DNA of 64,000 nucleotides from Candidatus Omnitrophota bacterium (GCA_043813915.1 JBDRKO010000026.1:66236-130235), one strand, 5' to 3'; positions 27,722-38,944 are shown, numbered from the stretch's first letter. The notes: generated by a model not told the origin, from the letters alone. Program-made: numbers and translations.

Positions 27722-28835
27722 GAAAAAAATAGTAGTTGTCTACTCGACCGCCGGCATGGGGCATAAAAAGGCCGCTATTGCCATAGCCGATGTTCTGAAA
27801 GAAAGACAGGATACGGAAGTGGAACTTATGGATATTCTGGACTATTCCAGCGGGCTTTACCATTTCCTGTATCTGGACGCGTATTGTTTCGCCATGTCGA
27901 GAGGAAAGGCGTTATGGGGATTCCTGTATTGGCTTACGAACATACCGCTCATAGATAGACTTACCCGCGGGATAAGAGGTTTCACCGATCATATGAACCT
28001 TTCGGCTTTCGGCCGGGAATTGATTAAAAGAAAGCCCGACGCGGTGATAGTTACGCATTTTCTGGTCCCCAGTATTGCCGGTATACTCAGGAAAAAGGGG
28101 CTAAATGGCAGGATATTTACTTTGATGACGGATTATGGGCCTCATAGTTTCTGGCTTTCGGACGCGGTAGACAGATTTTTTGTGGGTTCATCTTTCGCCG
28201 CCGCGGAACTTGTCAAAAGAGGTGTGGCCCGGGAAAAGATCGAGACTACCGGGATCTCTACTTCAGAGGTCTTTCATCAGACTTTCGATATAAGAGTACT
28301 GAGAGAAAAATACGGTATTGATCGCGGTAAGAAGACGATATTCCTTATGAGCGGAGGGTTCGGTGTCGGGCCGATATCAAAGATGCTTCTTGCTCTGAAC
28401 GCGTGCCGGACAAAGTTCCAGGTCATTGTTGTCTGCGGACATAACAAGGCGGCTTTCGAGAACGTGGTATCCATTAAAGAAAAACTGAAGTATGACATCA
28501 TACCGTTCGGGTTCACCGATAAGGTCGCGGAACTTATGGCGGTATCGGATCTTATGGTGACCAAAGCCGGAGGGATCAGTGTTACGGAAGCGCTGAATAC
28601 AAGGCTTCCTATGATACTTTTCGGTTCTATACCCGGTCAGGAAAAATGGAATGAACGGTTCCTTTTGGATAATAACGCCGCTAAAGCGGCGGGAAGCGTA
28701 AAAGATATAGCGCGTATAGCGGACGAGATCTTCGAGTCTCCGGGAACCTATGATACACTGAAAAAAGGGATAGACGGTATACGCAAACCTTATGCCGCTG
28801 AAAATATAGTGAAGAGCGTGATGGGGGGGATATAG
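27714..28835 (+). CDS. GT28 family glycosyltransferase (MGDG synthase / UgtP / MurG-like)
   Basis: N-terminal YSTAGMGHKKAAIAI (G-rich loop) and C-terminal MVTKAGGISVTEAL motifs typical of monoglycosyl-diacylglycerol synthases. Confidence 0.6.
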   Translation: MSKKKIVVVYSTAGMGHKKAAIAIADVLKERQDTEVELMDILDYSSGLYHFLYLDAYCFAMSRGKALWGFLYWLTNIPLIDRLTRGIRGFTDHMNLSAFGRELIKRKPDAVIVTHFLVPSIAGILRKKGLNGRIFTLMTDYGPHSFWLSDAVDRFFVGSSFAAAELVKRGVAREKIETTGISTSEVFHQTFDIRVLREKYGIDRGKKTIFLMSGGFGVGPISKMLLALNACRTKFQVIVVCGHNKAAFENVVSIKEKLKYDIIPFGFTDKVAELMAVSDLMVTKAGGISVTEALNTRLPMILFGSIPGQEKWNERFLLDNNAAKAAGSVKDIARIADEIFESPGTYDTLKKGIDGIRKPYAAENIVKSVMGGI

Positions 28836-28905
28836 AGAGGATAGAAGTCAGAGAGACGAGAGACGTGGGACGTGGGAAGAAGGACGAGGAATAGGTTCTA
28901 GCGTG

Positions 28906-29135
28906 AAAAAACAGCCGACCCTTTACATGAAGCAAAAAGAAGCTCCGCAGATGCAATGCAAAGGTCCTTTGGATTCAAGCGTTTTAAGTAGGGAAGCAAG
29001 CGACTTTACGGCACAGATATACGGTAGGGCAGTACTGCTGAATTTAATAGGTAAAAGAGACCAAAACGCTTGACTATGTGATGATAAAAGAACCGGACGA
29101 ACGCGAACCAAACTAAGGCTCGAAGAAGCGCTTAA
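28906..29135. repeat. about 220-bp repeat family K copy 1 (GAAGCAAAAAGAAGCTCCGCAGATGCAATGCAAAGGTCCTTTG...ACGGTAGGGCAGTACTGCTGAATTTAA.AGGTAAAAGAGACCAAAACGCTTGACT) followed by GAACGCGAACCAAAC sub-repeats
   Basis: Second copy at 34362-34575, with additional degenerate GAACG(C/A)GAACCAAAC units to 34700. Confidence 0.7.
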
Positions 29136-29298
29136 CTATGTGATGACAAAGCATCCGTAATGACCGCGAACCAAACGAAGGTATATTATGCGTGATATGA
29201 TAAACAGTATGAAACAGATCATAGAAATGGAAAAACTAGCCGGGGTGGGGGAGATAGTGACAGAGGGTCTAGGGTCGAAAGACGAGGGACGAGTGACG

Positions 29299-29868
29299 AT
29301 GGACGAGATGAGTTTAGTGGAAATAGAGAAAAAGATAAAAAAATGCCGGAAATGCGAGCTTGCGAAGACGCGTACCAATACTGTTCCCGGAGAAGGCGAT
29401 CCCAATGCCCGTCTTATGTTCATAGGCGAAGCCCCCGGGGCGGATGAAGACGCCCAAGGCCGGCCTTTTATAGGCCGCGCCGGACAGCTTCTAACAAAGA
29501 TAATAGAGTCGATAGGGCTTAAAAGAGAGGACGTCTTTATAGCCAATATCCTTAAGTGCCGTCCTCCGGGTAACCGGAACCCTCTGCCGACGGAAATGGC
29601 GGCGTGTGCTTCTTATTTGAAAGCCCAGATAGAGGCTGTAAGACCGGAAGTCATATGCGCTTTAGGGAAATTCGCCGCTCAGACCCTTCTTAACACGGAA
29701 ACGCCTATTAGTAAGCTCAGAGGAGAATTTTACGAGTATCAGGGAGTGAAATTTATGCCGACGTATCATCCCGCGTATCTATTGAGGAATCAGAGCGGGA
29801 AGAAGGACGTTTGGGACGATATGAAAAAGATCGCGAAAGAGCTAGGGATAAAGGTCCCGAAGAAATAA
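29299..29868 (+). CDS. uracil-DNA glycosylase, family 4
   Basis: CRKCELAKTR (Fe-S Cys), GEGDPNARLMFIGEAPG, RPFIGRAGQLL motifs; the 37-codon upstream extension (from 29188) lies in repeat sequence. Confidence 0.75.
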   Translation: MDEMSLVEIEKKIKKCRKCELAKTRTNTVPGEGDPNARLMFIGEAPGADEDAQGRPFIGRAGQLLTKIIESIGLKREDVFIANILKCRPPGNRNPLPTEMAACASYLKAQIEAVRPEVICALGKFAAQTLLNTETPISKLRGEFYEYQGVKFMPTYHPAYLLRNQSGKKDVWDDMKKIAKELGIKVPKK

Positions 29869-30300
29869 ACAACCCGAGGCAGCCTGTTCCGGGCCCCTCC
29901 GTTACATGGATAAGTGATGAGTCCGAGGTATCCCATTCCATGCTCAGACAGTCCTCGGCCTTCGGCCTGCGGAACTGCGCGTGGAATGGAATGCCTCGGA
30001 CTCTTTTAAACAGGTTCTAGCGATCTTTGATTAATATTGAGTGTGGCGGGTTTTGGGCCCGTCGAGAACCCAAAACCCGCATTGGAAGATTGTTTCCGTC
30101 ATTGCGACCCCCGCTGTTCCGCTTTGCGGGGCAAAGCGACGGGGGGAAGCAATCACTTGGTGTCATCCCGACCGAACGAAGTGAGTGGAGGGATCTGGAT
30201 AATAACAAATGACAAAGCACAAATGACAATTGAATGACAAAATCCAAATGAAAAAAGAAACGCAAGACCCAAAACCCGCATGCGCATATGAGGCTACAAG

Positions 30301-31032
30301 ATGCTAAAAGAAGTTTTGATAATATTCTTTTTATGTTTTTCATTTTCTATAGAGACCTTTTCTTTAGAGAATAGAGAAATTGAAAAGGCTATGGTAAGAA
30401 TAATTACAAATAATTCTTTAGATGGAAAACATTCTTGTAACGGATTTGCTGTTCAATTTAAGGAGAAAATTTATATTGTAACGGTTAACCATGTTTTGTA
30501 TGACGAGAAACCAGAAATTATGGCAGACATCCTTATCATTGAGGATAAAAATGGTAAGAGAGTTTTTTTTGGGAAGAACGATTTTAAAAAATATTTAACA
30601 CAAAACGCTGGAATACCAGGAGAAAGAGTTGATATTGCTGTAGTTAATTTGCCAAGTATGCATGATCTAGACATTACTCCTATCCTGTTTGATTTTGTTG
30701 CTAATAATGCAATGTTGAGAGACCTTGAAGAGAAATTCAATGCTAATCTTAATAAAAAGGTTATTAGTCGTGTATATTTTTATGACCGCAATTCAGAAGA
30801 AGTGGAAATAGGTAAATCTCTGTTTGTAAATGAACCCGTTTCATCGGGGCAAAGAATGGTAGGGATAAAAGTTTTGGAGGATAAAATAAGGGAAGGAGAT
30901 TGTGGATCCCCGATTGTTTTTTCTTCTAGTGTAATTGGTATTGTTACGACAGAGTCTAAGGGTATTCAGAAAAACAGTATGGGAATTCTCGAAACAATCC
31001 AAAAGGCAGAGAGCAAGCCTTTAAAAACTTAA
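30301..31032 (+). CDS. secreted chymotrypsin-fold (trypsin-like) peptidase with Cys in the nucleophile position
   Basis: Signal peptide; NGFAV...TVNHVL (His), DIAVVNL (Asp), GDCGSPIV in place of GDSGGP; gene visibly AT-rich versus neighbours. Confidence 0.5.
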   Translation: MLKEVLIIFFLCFSFSIETFSLENREIEKAMVRIITNNSLDGKHSCNGFAVQFKEKIYIVTVNHVLYDEKPEIMADILIIEDKNGKRVFFGKNDFKKYLTQNAGIPGERVDIAVVNLPSMHDLDITPILFDFVANNAMLRDLEEKFNANLNKKVISRVYFYDRNSEEVEIGKSLFVNEPVSSGQRMVGIKVLEDKIREGDCGSPIVFSSSVIGIVTTESKGIQKNSMGILETIQKAESKPLKT

Positions 31033-31139
31033 TTTTCAGCAAAGGGGACACCTTCCTCGCTACGCTCGGGAGATGTCCCCATATGTCGAGTTGTAGGACG
31101 GTTTTCAATGCGACAAACTCTACAAACACAACAAACTCT

Positions 31140-33143
31140 ATGAACCCAACAAACCCCAAATACGTCGAAGTCATCACATCGCTGCCTATCGACCGGACCT
31201 TTCAGTATAGGGTCACGGGCGAAGAAAAGTATCCTCCCGCTATAGGTAAACGCGTGCAGATATCTTTCGGGCCCGCCAAACGTATCGGGTATATAGTGAA
31301 AATGGAAACAGAGCCACAGGTAGCCGACCCTAAACCTCTCCTGGATATTATAGACGAGGAACCTATATTCTCCGAAGAGATGATAACCCTGGCCGGATGG
31401 ATAAAAGACAATTATTTCTGTTCATGGGGTGAAGCTCTTGAAGCGATGATTCCGGGACCGCTTAAGCACGGTAAAGTGGAAATGACCACACGCGTGCATG
31501 AAGAAAGGGACGCGGTACTCGCAACATTCCCTCATGATCCTAACCTGGAACAACAGGATGTGATCGATGCCATAGACCGGTGCATAGACGGACGCAAACA
31601 TGAGGTTTTTCTTCTGCACGGTATAACCGGGAGCGGAAAGACCGAGATATATCTCCGGGCAATGGAAAGCGTTCTCGCGAAAGGAAAGACAGGGGTTATT
31701 CTGGTGCCGGAGATATCTCTTACGCCTCAAACGGTCGAGAGGTTCATTTCAAGGTTCGGGGATAAAGTGGCCGTGTTTCATTCAAAGATGCTTCAGAGTG
31801 TAAAATTTTCAGAATGGAAACGTATAAAGTCGGGAGAAGCGCGTATAGTAGTTGGCCCGCGTTCGGCCGTATTCAGCCCGCTGGAGAACCCGGGATTATT
31901 CGTTATAGACGAGGAACATGAACCGAGTTACAAACAGGACGATGTGCCCAGATACCACGCGCGTGAGGTTGCCATAGAAAGAGCCAGGATAAACGGTGCT
32001 CCGGTCATCCTGGGGACTGCCACACCTTCGCTTGAATCATATTTCAAAGCCGTCAATGGGGAATATACTTTGGTGGAGCTGACACAGCGCATAAGCGAAA
32101 AAGAGCTTCCCAGGGTAAAACTGGTCGATATGAGGATGGAATTCGATACCAGAGTGGGCAGGACCGTGATCTCAAGGATAATGGCAGAGGCATTACGTAC
32201 CGACATTTTCAAAAAACAGCAAGCGCTCATATTCCTTAACCGGCGGGGATTTTCGACTTTTGTCAGCTGTAGGAAATGCGGACATATTATAAAATGCACA
32301 AAGTGCGATTCACCGCTGGTATTTCACCGCGCGAAAAAACAGCTTATCTGTCATTACTGTAACAGAAGAGAAGATCCGCTTAAGATATGTCCGCTCTGTA
32401 ACAAGGATTATCTCATATACCACGGAACGGGAACACAAAAGGTCGAAGATGAACTCGCGAAGATATTGCCGGGCGCGCGCATAGAACGCATGGATTCCGA
32501 TACGATGGCTAAAAGAGGGTCGCATGAAAAGGTGTTAAAGGCGTTCAAGGAACATAAGACGGATATTATAGTAGGGACACAGATGATAGCCAAAGGACTG
32601 GATTTCCCGAAGGTCACGCTTGTCGGAGTGGTGGCGGCGGACGCCAATCTTAATCTTCCGGATTTCAGGGCCAGCGAGAGGACTTTCAATCTTATAACAC
32701 AGGTCGCCGGACGCGCGGGAAGAGGAGACTTGGGCGGCGAAGTTATAGTTCAGACATATACACCCGAGCATTACGCGTTAAAATTCTCCATAAAACACGA
32801 TTATCCCGGGTTTTATTCAAAAGAGATAGAATACCGGCGTGAACTTCTTTTTCCGCCTTTTACGAACATTGTCAAAGTGACATTGAGAGGGAGAAAAGAG
32901 GAAAATGTGATCAAGAGTATAGAGAGATTAGCGGAGATGCTGAAAAAGAAGCTGACTAAACCCGACATGATAGGTCCGGCCCCGTCTCCTATGACGAAAC
33001 TCAGGGGTTATTACAGATGGAATATCCTCTTGAAAGCCAAGGGGAGAGAAGGTATAGTAAAAGAGCTTAAGGCCGCGCTTAAAGGTTTTAGAAAAGGGCC
33101 GGGAGTGATCATGGCGGTGGATGTGGATCCGATGAGTTTGTAA
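31140..33143 (+). CDS. priA: primosomal protein N' (replication restart helicase PriA)
   Basis: N-term VEVITSLPIDRTFQYRV, Walker A GITGSGKTE, DEEH box, Cys4 zinc ribbon CRKCGH...CTKCDS...CHYC...CPLC. Confidence 0.85.
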   Translation: MNPTNPKYVEVITSLPIDRTFQYRVTGEEKYPPAIGKRVQISFGPAKRIGYIVKMETEPQVADPKPLLDIIDEEPIFSEEMITLAGWIKDNYFCSWGEALEAMIPGPLKHGKVEMTTRVHEERDAVLATFPHDPNLEQQDVIDAIDRCIDGRKHEVFLLHGITGSGKTEIYLRAMESVLAKGKTGVILVPEISLTPQTVERFISRFGDKVAVFHSKMLQSVKFSEWKRIKSGEARIVVGPRSAVFSPLENPGLFVIDEEHEPSYKQDDVPRYHAREVAIERARINGAPVILGTATPSLESYFKAVNGEYTLVELTQRISEKELPRVKLVDMRMEFDTRVGRTVISRIMAEALRTDIFKKQQALIFLNRRGFSTFVSCRKCGHIIKCTKCDSPLVFHRAKKQLICHYCNRREDPLKICPLCNKDYLIYHGTGTQKVEDELAKILPGARIERMDSDTMAKRGSHEKVLKAFKEHKTDIIVGTQMIAKGLDFPKVTLVGVVAADANLNLPDFRASERTFNLITQVAGRAGRGDLGGEVIVQTYTPEHYALKFSIKHDYPGFYSKEIEYRRELLFPPFTNIVKVTLRGRKEENVIKSIERLAEMLKKKLTKPDMIGPAPSPMTKLRGYYRWNILLKAKGREGIVKELKAALKGFRKGPGVIMAVDVDPMSL

Positions 33144-33184
33144 GTAGTAAATAGTGAGTCGGGAAGGGTAGAATAGGAAATAAA

Positions 33185-33335
33185 GAGGAAACCGCTCTGT
33201 AGCGCTATGTCCAGTGCTCAGACAGTCCTCGGAATATGTCGGAGGCTGGTCGATTCCGGGAGAAATCGACACTTCCTCGGACATTGCGTCCTCGGTCGTG
33301 CAACTGCGCTCTGGACATAGTGCTACAGAGCGTGC
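33185..33335. repeat. about 150-nt nested inverted-repeat structure upstream of fmt (outer arms CCGCTCTGTAGCGCTATGTCCAG / CTGGACATAGTGCTACAGAGCG)
   Basis: Outer 22-bp arms at 33192-33214 and 33310-33331 with several inner hairpins; shares TGCTCAGACAGTCCTCGG module with 29935-29960. Confidence 0.6.
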
Positions 33336-33419
33336 GAGTATATGCGCGTAACAAACATAAAAAGAGCGATGGCTTATGCCGGGACCATCGAGATCCCGGC
33401 ATAAGCAACTGGAATAATA

Positions 33420-34351
33420 TGAAAATAATATTTTTTGGAACAGGAGATTTCGGGCTATCTACCCTTAAACGGCTCATAAAGAGCGGACATGACATTGCCG
33501 CGGTGGTAACGCAGCCTGATAAGAAGAAAGGACGGGGGATGGGGGTCCATCCTACGCCTGTTAAGGCATTGATAGAGGATACCATGCCGGGAACGGATGT
33601 GTTACAGCCGGGAAAACTTACCGGAGAGTTTATTGAGGATATAAAGCGTCCGGAAGCCGATGTTTTTGTGGTAGTGGATTACGGTAAGATCCTGCCGGTA
33701 TCCGTGCTGGAACTGCCTAAACGTTACTGTATAAACCTGCATCCGTCGCTTTTGCCTAAGTACAGAGGTTCGTCGCCCGTGAATCAAGCTATTCTTAACG
33801 GTGACGCGGTAACGGGCAATACGGTCATAAAGATTAACGAACGGATGGATGCCGGAGAGATACTGCTTCAGGAAGAATTCATTATTGGTAAGGATGAGGA
33901 CGCGCTGAGTTTGTCCGAAAGATTATCCGCTCACGGCGCGGAACTTATCATCAAGACGCTGGATATGATAGCCGCGGGAAAGGAAACTCTTACCGCGCAG
34001 GATGAGAGTGAGGCCACCTACGCGGCCAAACTCAAAAAAGAGGACGGTGAGATCGATTGGACCCGAACAGCCGAGGAAATAGACAGAAAGATCAGAGGTC
34101 TTAAACCCTGGCCCGGAGCGTTTACTTATATAAACGGAAAGATGTTAAAGATCCTTGAAGCAGAGATAGCACCTGCACAAAAAGACATAATGCTTGCAGG
34201 TACTGTTTTCCTTGATAAGGAGAGATTACTTGTATCTGCCTCGGACAAGGCGATATATGTAAAAATACTTCAGCTTGAGGGGAGAAAAGCAATGTCTGCT
34301 GAAGAATTTATGAGAGGGTGGCCCATAAAGAAAGGTATGATTTTGGGGTAG
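33420..34351 (+). CDS. fmt: methionyl-tRNA formyltransferase
   Basis: MKIIFFGTGDFG N-terminus, HPSLLPKYRG, C-terminal Fmt domain; upstream ORF-track extension is repeat/structured DNA. Confidence 0.85.
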
Positions 34352-34361
34352 ATCCAAAAGA

Positions 34362-34700
34362 GAAAAAACAACTGAACCTTAACCTGAAGCAAAAAGAAGC
34401 TCCCCAGATGCAATGCAAAGGTCCTTTGCCTTCAAGCGTTTTAAATAGAAGGACCAGCAACTTTACGGCACAAATATACGGTAGGGCAGTACTACTGAAT
34501 TTAACAGGTAAAAGAGACCAAAACGCTTGACTGTGTGCTGACAAAAGAACCGGACGAACGCGACCAAACTAAAACGAGACAAAACGTTTGATATCACTTT
34601 AACGAAACAACTATATGAGCGCGAGCCATATGAACGAGAACCAAACTTAGACAAGTTACTAAACACGGAGCCGGAACAATCGCGAACCAGACGTGAGGTT
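34362..34700. repeat. repeat family K copy 2 plus degenerate GAACGNGAACCAAAC sub-repeats
   Basis: Aligns with 28906-29180. Confidence 0.7.
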
Positions 34701-34782
34701 CGGATAAAAATTGCAAAACGACCCTTCAGATGTTCTTGCCCATCACATCTTCAGGGTTAATTTTTACCCATTCGCCCCGGCG

Positions 34783-34945
34783 AAGCCTAGTGCTTCAGCG
34801 CGGGGGAAATAGCCGAGGCTCTCCTCGCGGTGCTCGGGACACTGCAGGATCAATTGGGAACCCTTCGGCTTCGCTCCCCTCGACAAGCTCGGGGCAGGCA
34901 GGGCAAGCAAGCCCCAGTCTTTAGACCGGGGTATCGGTAAATTGA
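34783..34945. repeat. about 170-bp repeat family J copy 2
   Basis: Aligns with 20497-20670. Confidence 0.7.
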
Positions 34946-34969
34946 CTGCGTAAAAATTAAGGAGAAAAT

Positions 34970-36352
34970 ATGAGAAAGATACTGGGGTATTATCTAGCGA
35001 TCATGTTGTTTTTTTCGGTTTTCGCGCATATTTCCGCCGCGGATGATATGACCGAACTTAAAGAACAGATAAAAATGATGCAGGGGCGTATTGAGGAACA
35101 ATCGAAACAGATAGTAGAAATGAGATCCAAGCTCGAGAAACTCGAAAAGGGGACAGTTGCCGATAAACAGACACCCGCGGGTGTAGAGCAAAGAGTATCC
35201 GACTTAGAACAGAAAGTTTCGGGACCGGGGACCCTTAAAAGCTATTGGAAAGAAGGCCTGAAGTTCTCTGATGATAAGGGTAATTTCAGTCTGGCTGTGG
35301 GAGGAAGGCTGATGGCGGATACCGGCTGGATGCAGGAAGAGTCCGCGATGATCGGCGCGGCAGGCAAGGCATCGGACCAGGCGGAGTTCAGAAGAGCGCG
35401 TCTTTTTGCCTCAGGAACCGTATACGATAACGTTATTTTTGTGACGGAATATGATTTTGCGGGCGGGGACGCGGATTTCAAGGATGTGTATATAGGGGTA
35501 AAGGATATCCCTTACGCAGGAACGGTGAAAGCCGGACATATCAAACAGCCGTTCTGCCTGGATGAACTTACCAGCAGCAAGTATATTACTTTTATGGAAA
35601 CTTCTCTGGTGACCGCGCTGATACCCGGATATGATGTAGGGTTAGGAGCGAATTCAACATTGTTCGACGACAGAATGACATGGGCGCTGAGCTTATACCG
35701 TGACGCTGACGGATACGGCACAGTATCTTCGAACGAATACAATATGGCCGCGCGTATCACCGGACTTCCCTGGTACGAAGATGACGGAGAGAAGCTGCTT
35801 CATCTTGGTCTGGCTTATAGTTTTCAAGATCCCGAAGAAAGTAAACAGTATCATGCTAAACCCGAGAACAATATGGCGCCTTATTTCGCGGATACGGGTT
35901 CTTTTGACGTCCATCATGTGAACCTTCTGGGATGCGAAGCGTCCGCGGTTCTCGGACCGTTATCTATGCAGGGAGAATTAGTCCAATCTTTCGTGGAGGA
36001 AGAAGGCGGGGAAGATACATATTTTTACGGGGCAAGCGCTCAAGTGAGTTATTTTCTTACGGGCGAATACAGGCCTTACAGCAGATCGGCCGGAGTGTTT
36101 TCCCGGGTCAAGCCGAAAGAAAATTTTTCTATAAAGGATAAGACCTGGGGTGCTTGGGAGCTTGCCGCAAGATATTCCCATCTCGATCTTAAGGATAACG
36201 GCATTGACGGAGGAATATTATCCGATTCGACATTGGGCCTCAATTGGTATCTGAACCCTACTACCCGTATAATGGCGAATTATATCCATTCGCATCTTAA
36301 CGGTGTAGGTAACGCGGATGCCTTTCTTACCAGGATCCAAATAGACTTCTAA
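34970..36352 (+). CDS. outer-membrane porin, phosphate-selective porin O/P-like with N-terminal coiled coil
   Basis: Signal peptide, coiled-coil (ELKEQIKMMQGRIEEQSKQIVEMRSKLEKLEK), beta-strand-rich body ending in aromatic C-terminus (...IQIDF). Confidence 0.5.
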   Translation: MRKILGYYLAIMLFFSVFAHISAADDMTELKEQIKMMQGRIEEQSKQIVEMRSKLEKLEKGTVADKQTPAGVEQRVSDLEQKVSGPGTLKSYWKEGLKFSDDKGNFSLAVGGRLMADTGWMQEESAMIGAAGKASDQAEFRRARLFASGTVYDNVIFVTEYDFAGGDADFKDVYIGVKDIPYAGTVKAGHIKQPFCLDELTSSKYITFMETSLVTALIPGYDVGLGANSTLFDDRMTWALSLYRDADGYGTVSSNEYNMAARITGLPWYEDDGEKLLHLGLAYSFQDPEESKQYHAKPENNMAPYFADTGSFDVHHVNLLGCEASAVLGPLSMQGELVQSFVEEEGGEDTYFYGASAQVSYFLTGEYRPYSRSAGVFSRVKPKENFSIKDKTWGAWELAARYSHLDLKDNGIDGGILSDSTLGLNWYLNPTTRIMANYIHSHLNGVGNADAFLTRIQIDF

Positions 36353-36359
36353 AAAATTA

Positions 36360-36415
36360 GGGACGTTTCCCTATTAATAAGGCAACAGAAAGCAAGTTAA
36401 CAGGGAAACGTCCCC
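36360..36415 (+). terminator. long stem-loop after porin gene (13-bp GC-containing stem gggacgtttccct / agggaaacgtccc)
   Basis: Perfect 13-bp inverted repeat immediately after porin stop codon; no strong T-run, so intrinsic-terminator function uncertain. Confidence 0.4.
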
Positions 36416-36461
36416 AATTTCCGTTCTTACTTTAGGATATACAGTTTATTTAAAAAACATG

Positions 36462-36490
36462 TTGAACGATAAGGTTCTTAAGTATATAAT
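36462..36490 (+). promoter_or_regulatory. sigma70-type promoter upstream of gap (TTGAAC-17-TATAAT)
   Basis: TTGAAC at 36462-36467, 17-nt spacer, TATAAT at 36485-36490, about 190 nt upstream of the gap start. Confidence 0.5.
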
Positions 36491-36660
36491 ACACACTTCA
36501 TAAATTCAGTTCGTAGCCGGTAGTCCGGGGTCCGTAGTCCGGAAAGAGCTCAACACTAGGCAATGGAACAGTAAGATTTAGTCCATAACTGAGAGTTTGT
36601 ATTTTAGATACAAAAACACTTATTTTAAAGTGCAGACTACGGATCAGTTAAGGACCGTGA

Positions 36661-37680
<1,020 letters not shown>

Positions 37681-37762
37681 TTGGAATGCAATAGCGATCT
37701 TTAAGGAGAAGGCTTTTTAAAAAAGCCTTCTCCTTAAAGGATAATTACGTAACGGAGCTGAT

Positions 37763-38944
37763 ATGAAAAAAACCCTAAGGGATATACAGATAAGCGGGAA
37801 AAGAGTTCTTATGCGGGCGGATTTTAACGTGCCGTTGAACGAAGAGCGTGTTATTACCGATGACTCGAGAATAACCGCGGCTATGCCTTCCATAAAATAT
37901 ATACTGGATAACAGCGGAAAGCTTATTCTGATGAGTCATTTGGGGCGTCCTAAGGGGGAAGTTGACGACGCTTTGCGGTTGGACCCCGTAGCAAAACGTT
38001 TATCGGAACTTTTGGGAAAAAATGTCAAGAAGATGCCGGATTGTATCGGCAGCGATGTGGAAACGGCCGTAAAGGATATGCGGGACGGCGACGTGATACT
38101 TCTTGAAAACCTGAGGTTTCATAAAGAAGAGAAAAAGAACGATCCTGACTTTTCTAAAAAGCTCGCGTCTCTGGGAGAAGTGTTCGTCGAGGACGCGTTC
38201 GGGACTTGTCATAGAGCGCACGCTTCTACTGTAGGAGTTACAGCGTCTCTGCCCGGAGTTGCCGGATTTCTGGTAGAAAAAGAGATAGAATATTTCGAGA
38301 AGGTGACCAAGTCACCCGAAAAACCGTTCTGTTTAATACTCGGCGGCGCCAAAGTATCGGACAAAATACCCCTTATAGAGAACATGCTCGGGAAAATAGA
38401 TTTCCTGCTCATCGGAGGGGCTATGGCCTATACTTTTCTGAAATCGCGTCTTAAGGGGGTGGGTGCGTCAAGGGTAGAGGATGGTATGGCCGATACGGTT
38501 GAGAAGATATTCGCACTGGCAAAAGAAAAAGGTGTCAGTATTTTTCTCCCGCAGGATCATATAGTCGCGAAAGAGATCAGCCCGAAAAGCAGGCGCAAGG
38601 TGGTAAACGAACATATACCTGACGGATGGATAGGACTTGATATCGGACCAAAGACGGTCAGAACTTACTGTAATGTGATAAAGGAATCAAAGACCATCGT
38701 GTGGAACGGACCTGTCGGTCTTTTCGAGATGAAACCTTTTATGGGAGGCACTAAAAAAATCGCACAGATGATGTCTAAAGCCGATGCCACCACGGTAATA
38801 GGCGGAGGAGATACGGCGGCGGCCGTTAATCAGCTCGGGCTCGGCGGGAAGATGTCGCATATGTCGACCGGCGGAGGGGCGTCGCTGGAATATCTTGAAG
38901 GAAAAGAGTTGCCCGGGATAACGGCATTAGAAGATAAAGACTAA
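37763..38944 (+). CDS. pgk: phosphoglycerate kinase
   Basis: RADFNVPL, MSHLGRPKG, GGGASLE motifs. Confidence 0.9.
   Translation: MKKTLRDIQISGKRVLMRADFNVPLNEERVITDDSRITAAMPSIKYILDNSGKLILMSHLGRPKGEVDDALRLDPVAKRLSELLGKNVKKMPDCIGSDVETAVKDMRDGDVILLENLRFHKEEKKNDPDFSKKLASLGEVFVEDAFGTCHRAHASTVGVTASLPGVAGFLVEKEIEYFEKVTKSPEKPFCLILGGAKVSDKIPLIENMLGKIDFLLIGGAMAYTFLKSRLKGVGASRVEDGMADTVEKIFALAKEKGVSIFLPQDHIVAKEISPKSRRKVVNEHIPDGWIGLDIGPKTVRTYCNVIKESKTIVWNGPVGLFEMKPFMGGTKKIAQMMSKADATTVIGGGDTAAAVNQLGLGGKMSHMSTGGGASLEYLEGKELPGITALEDKD

Noticed and set aside
29090-29180. Possible CRISPR-like array from GAACGCGAACCAAAC sub-repeats (also 34553-34700)
   Set aside because: Only 2-4 degenerate units with irregular spacing (about 45-85 nt), no cas genes, and units are part of a larger duplicated element; not a CRISPR array.
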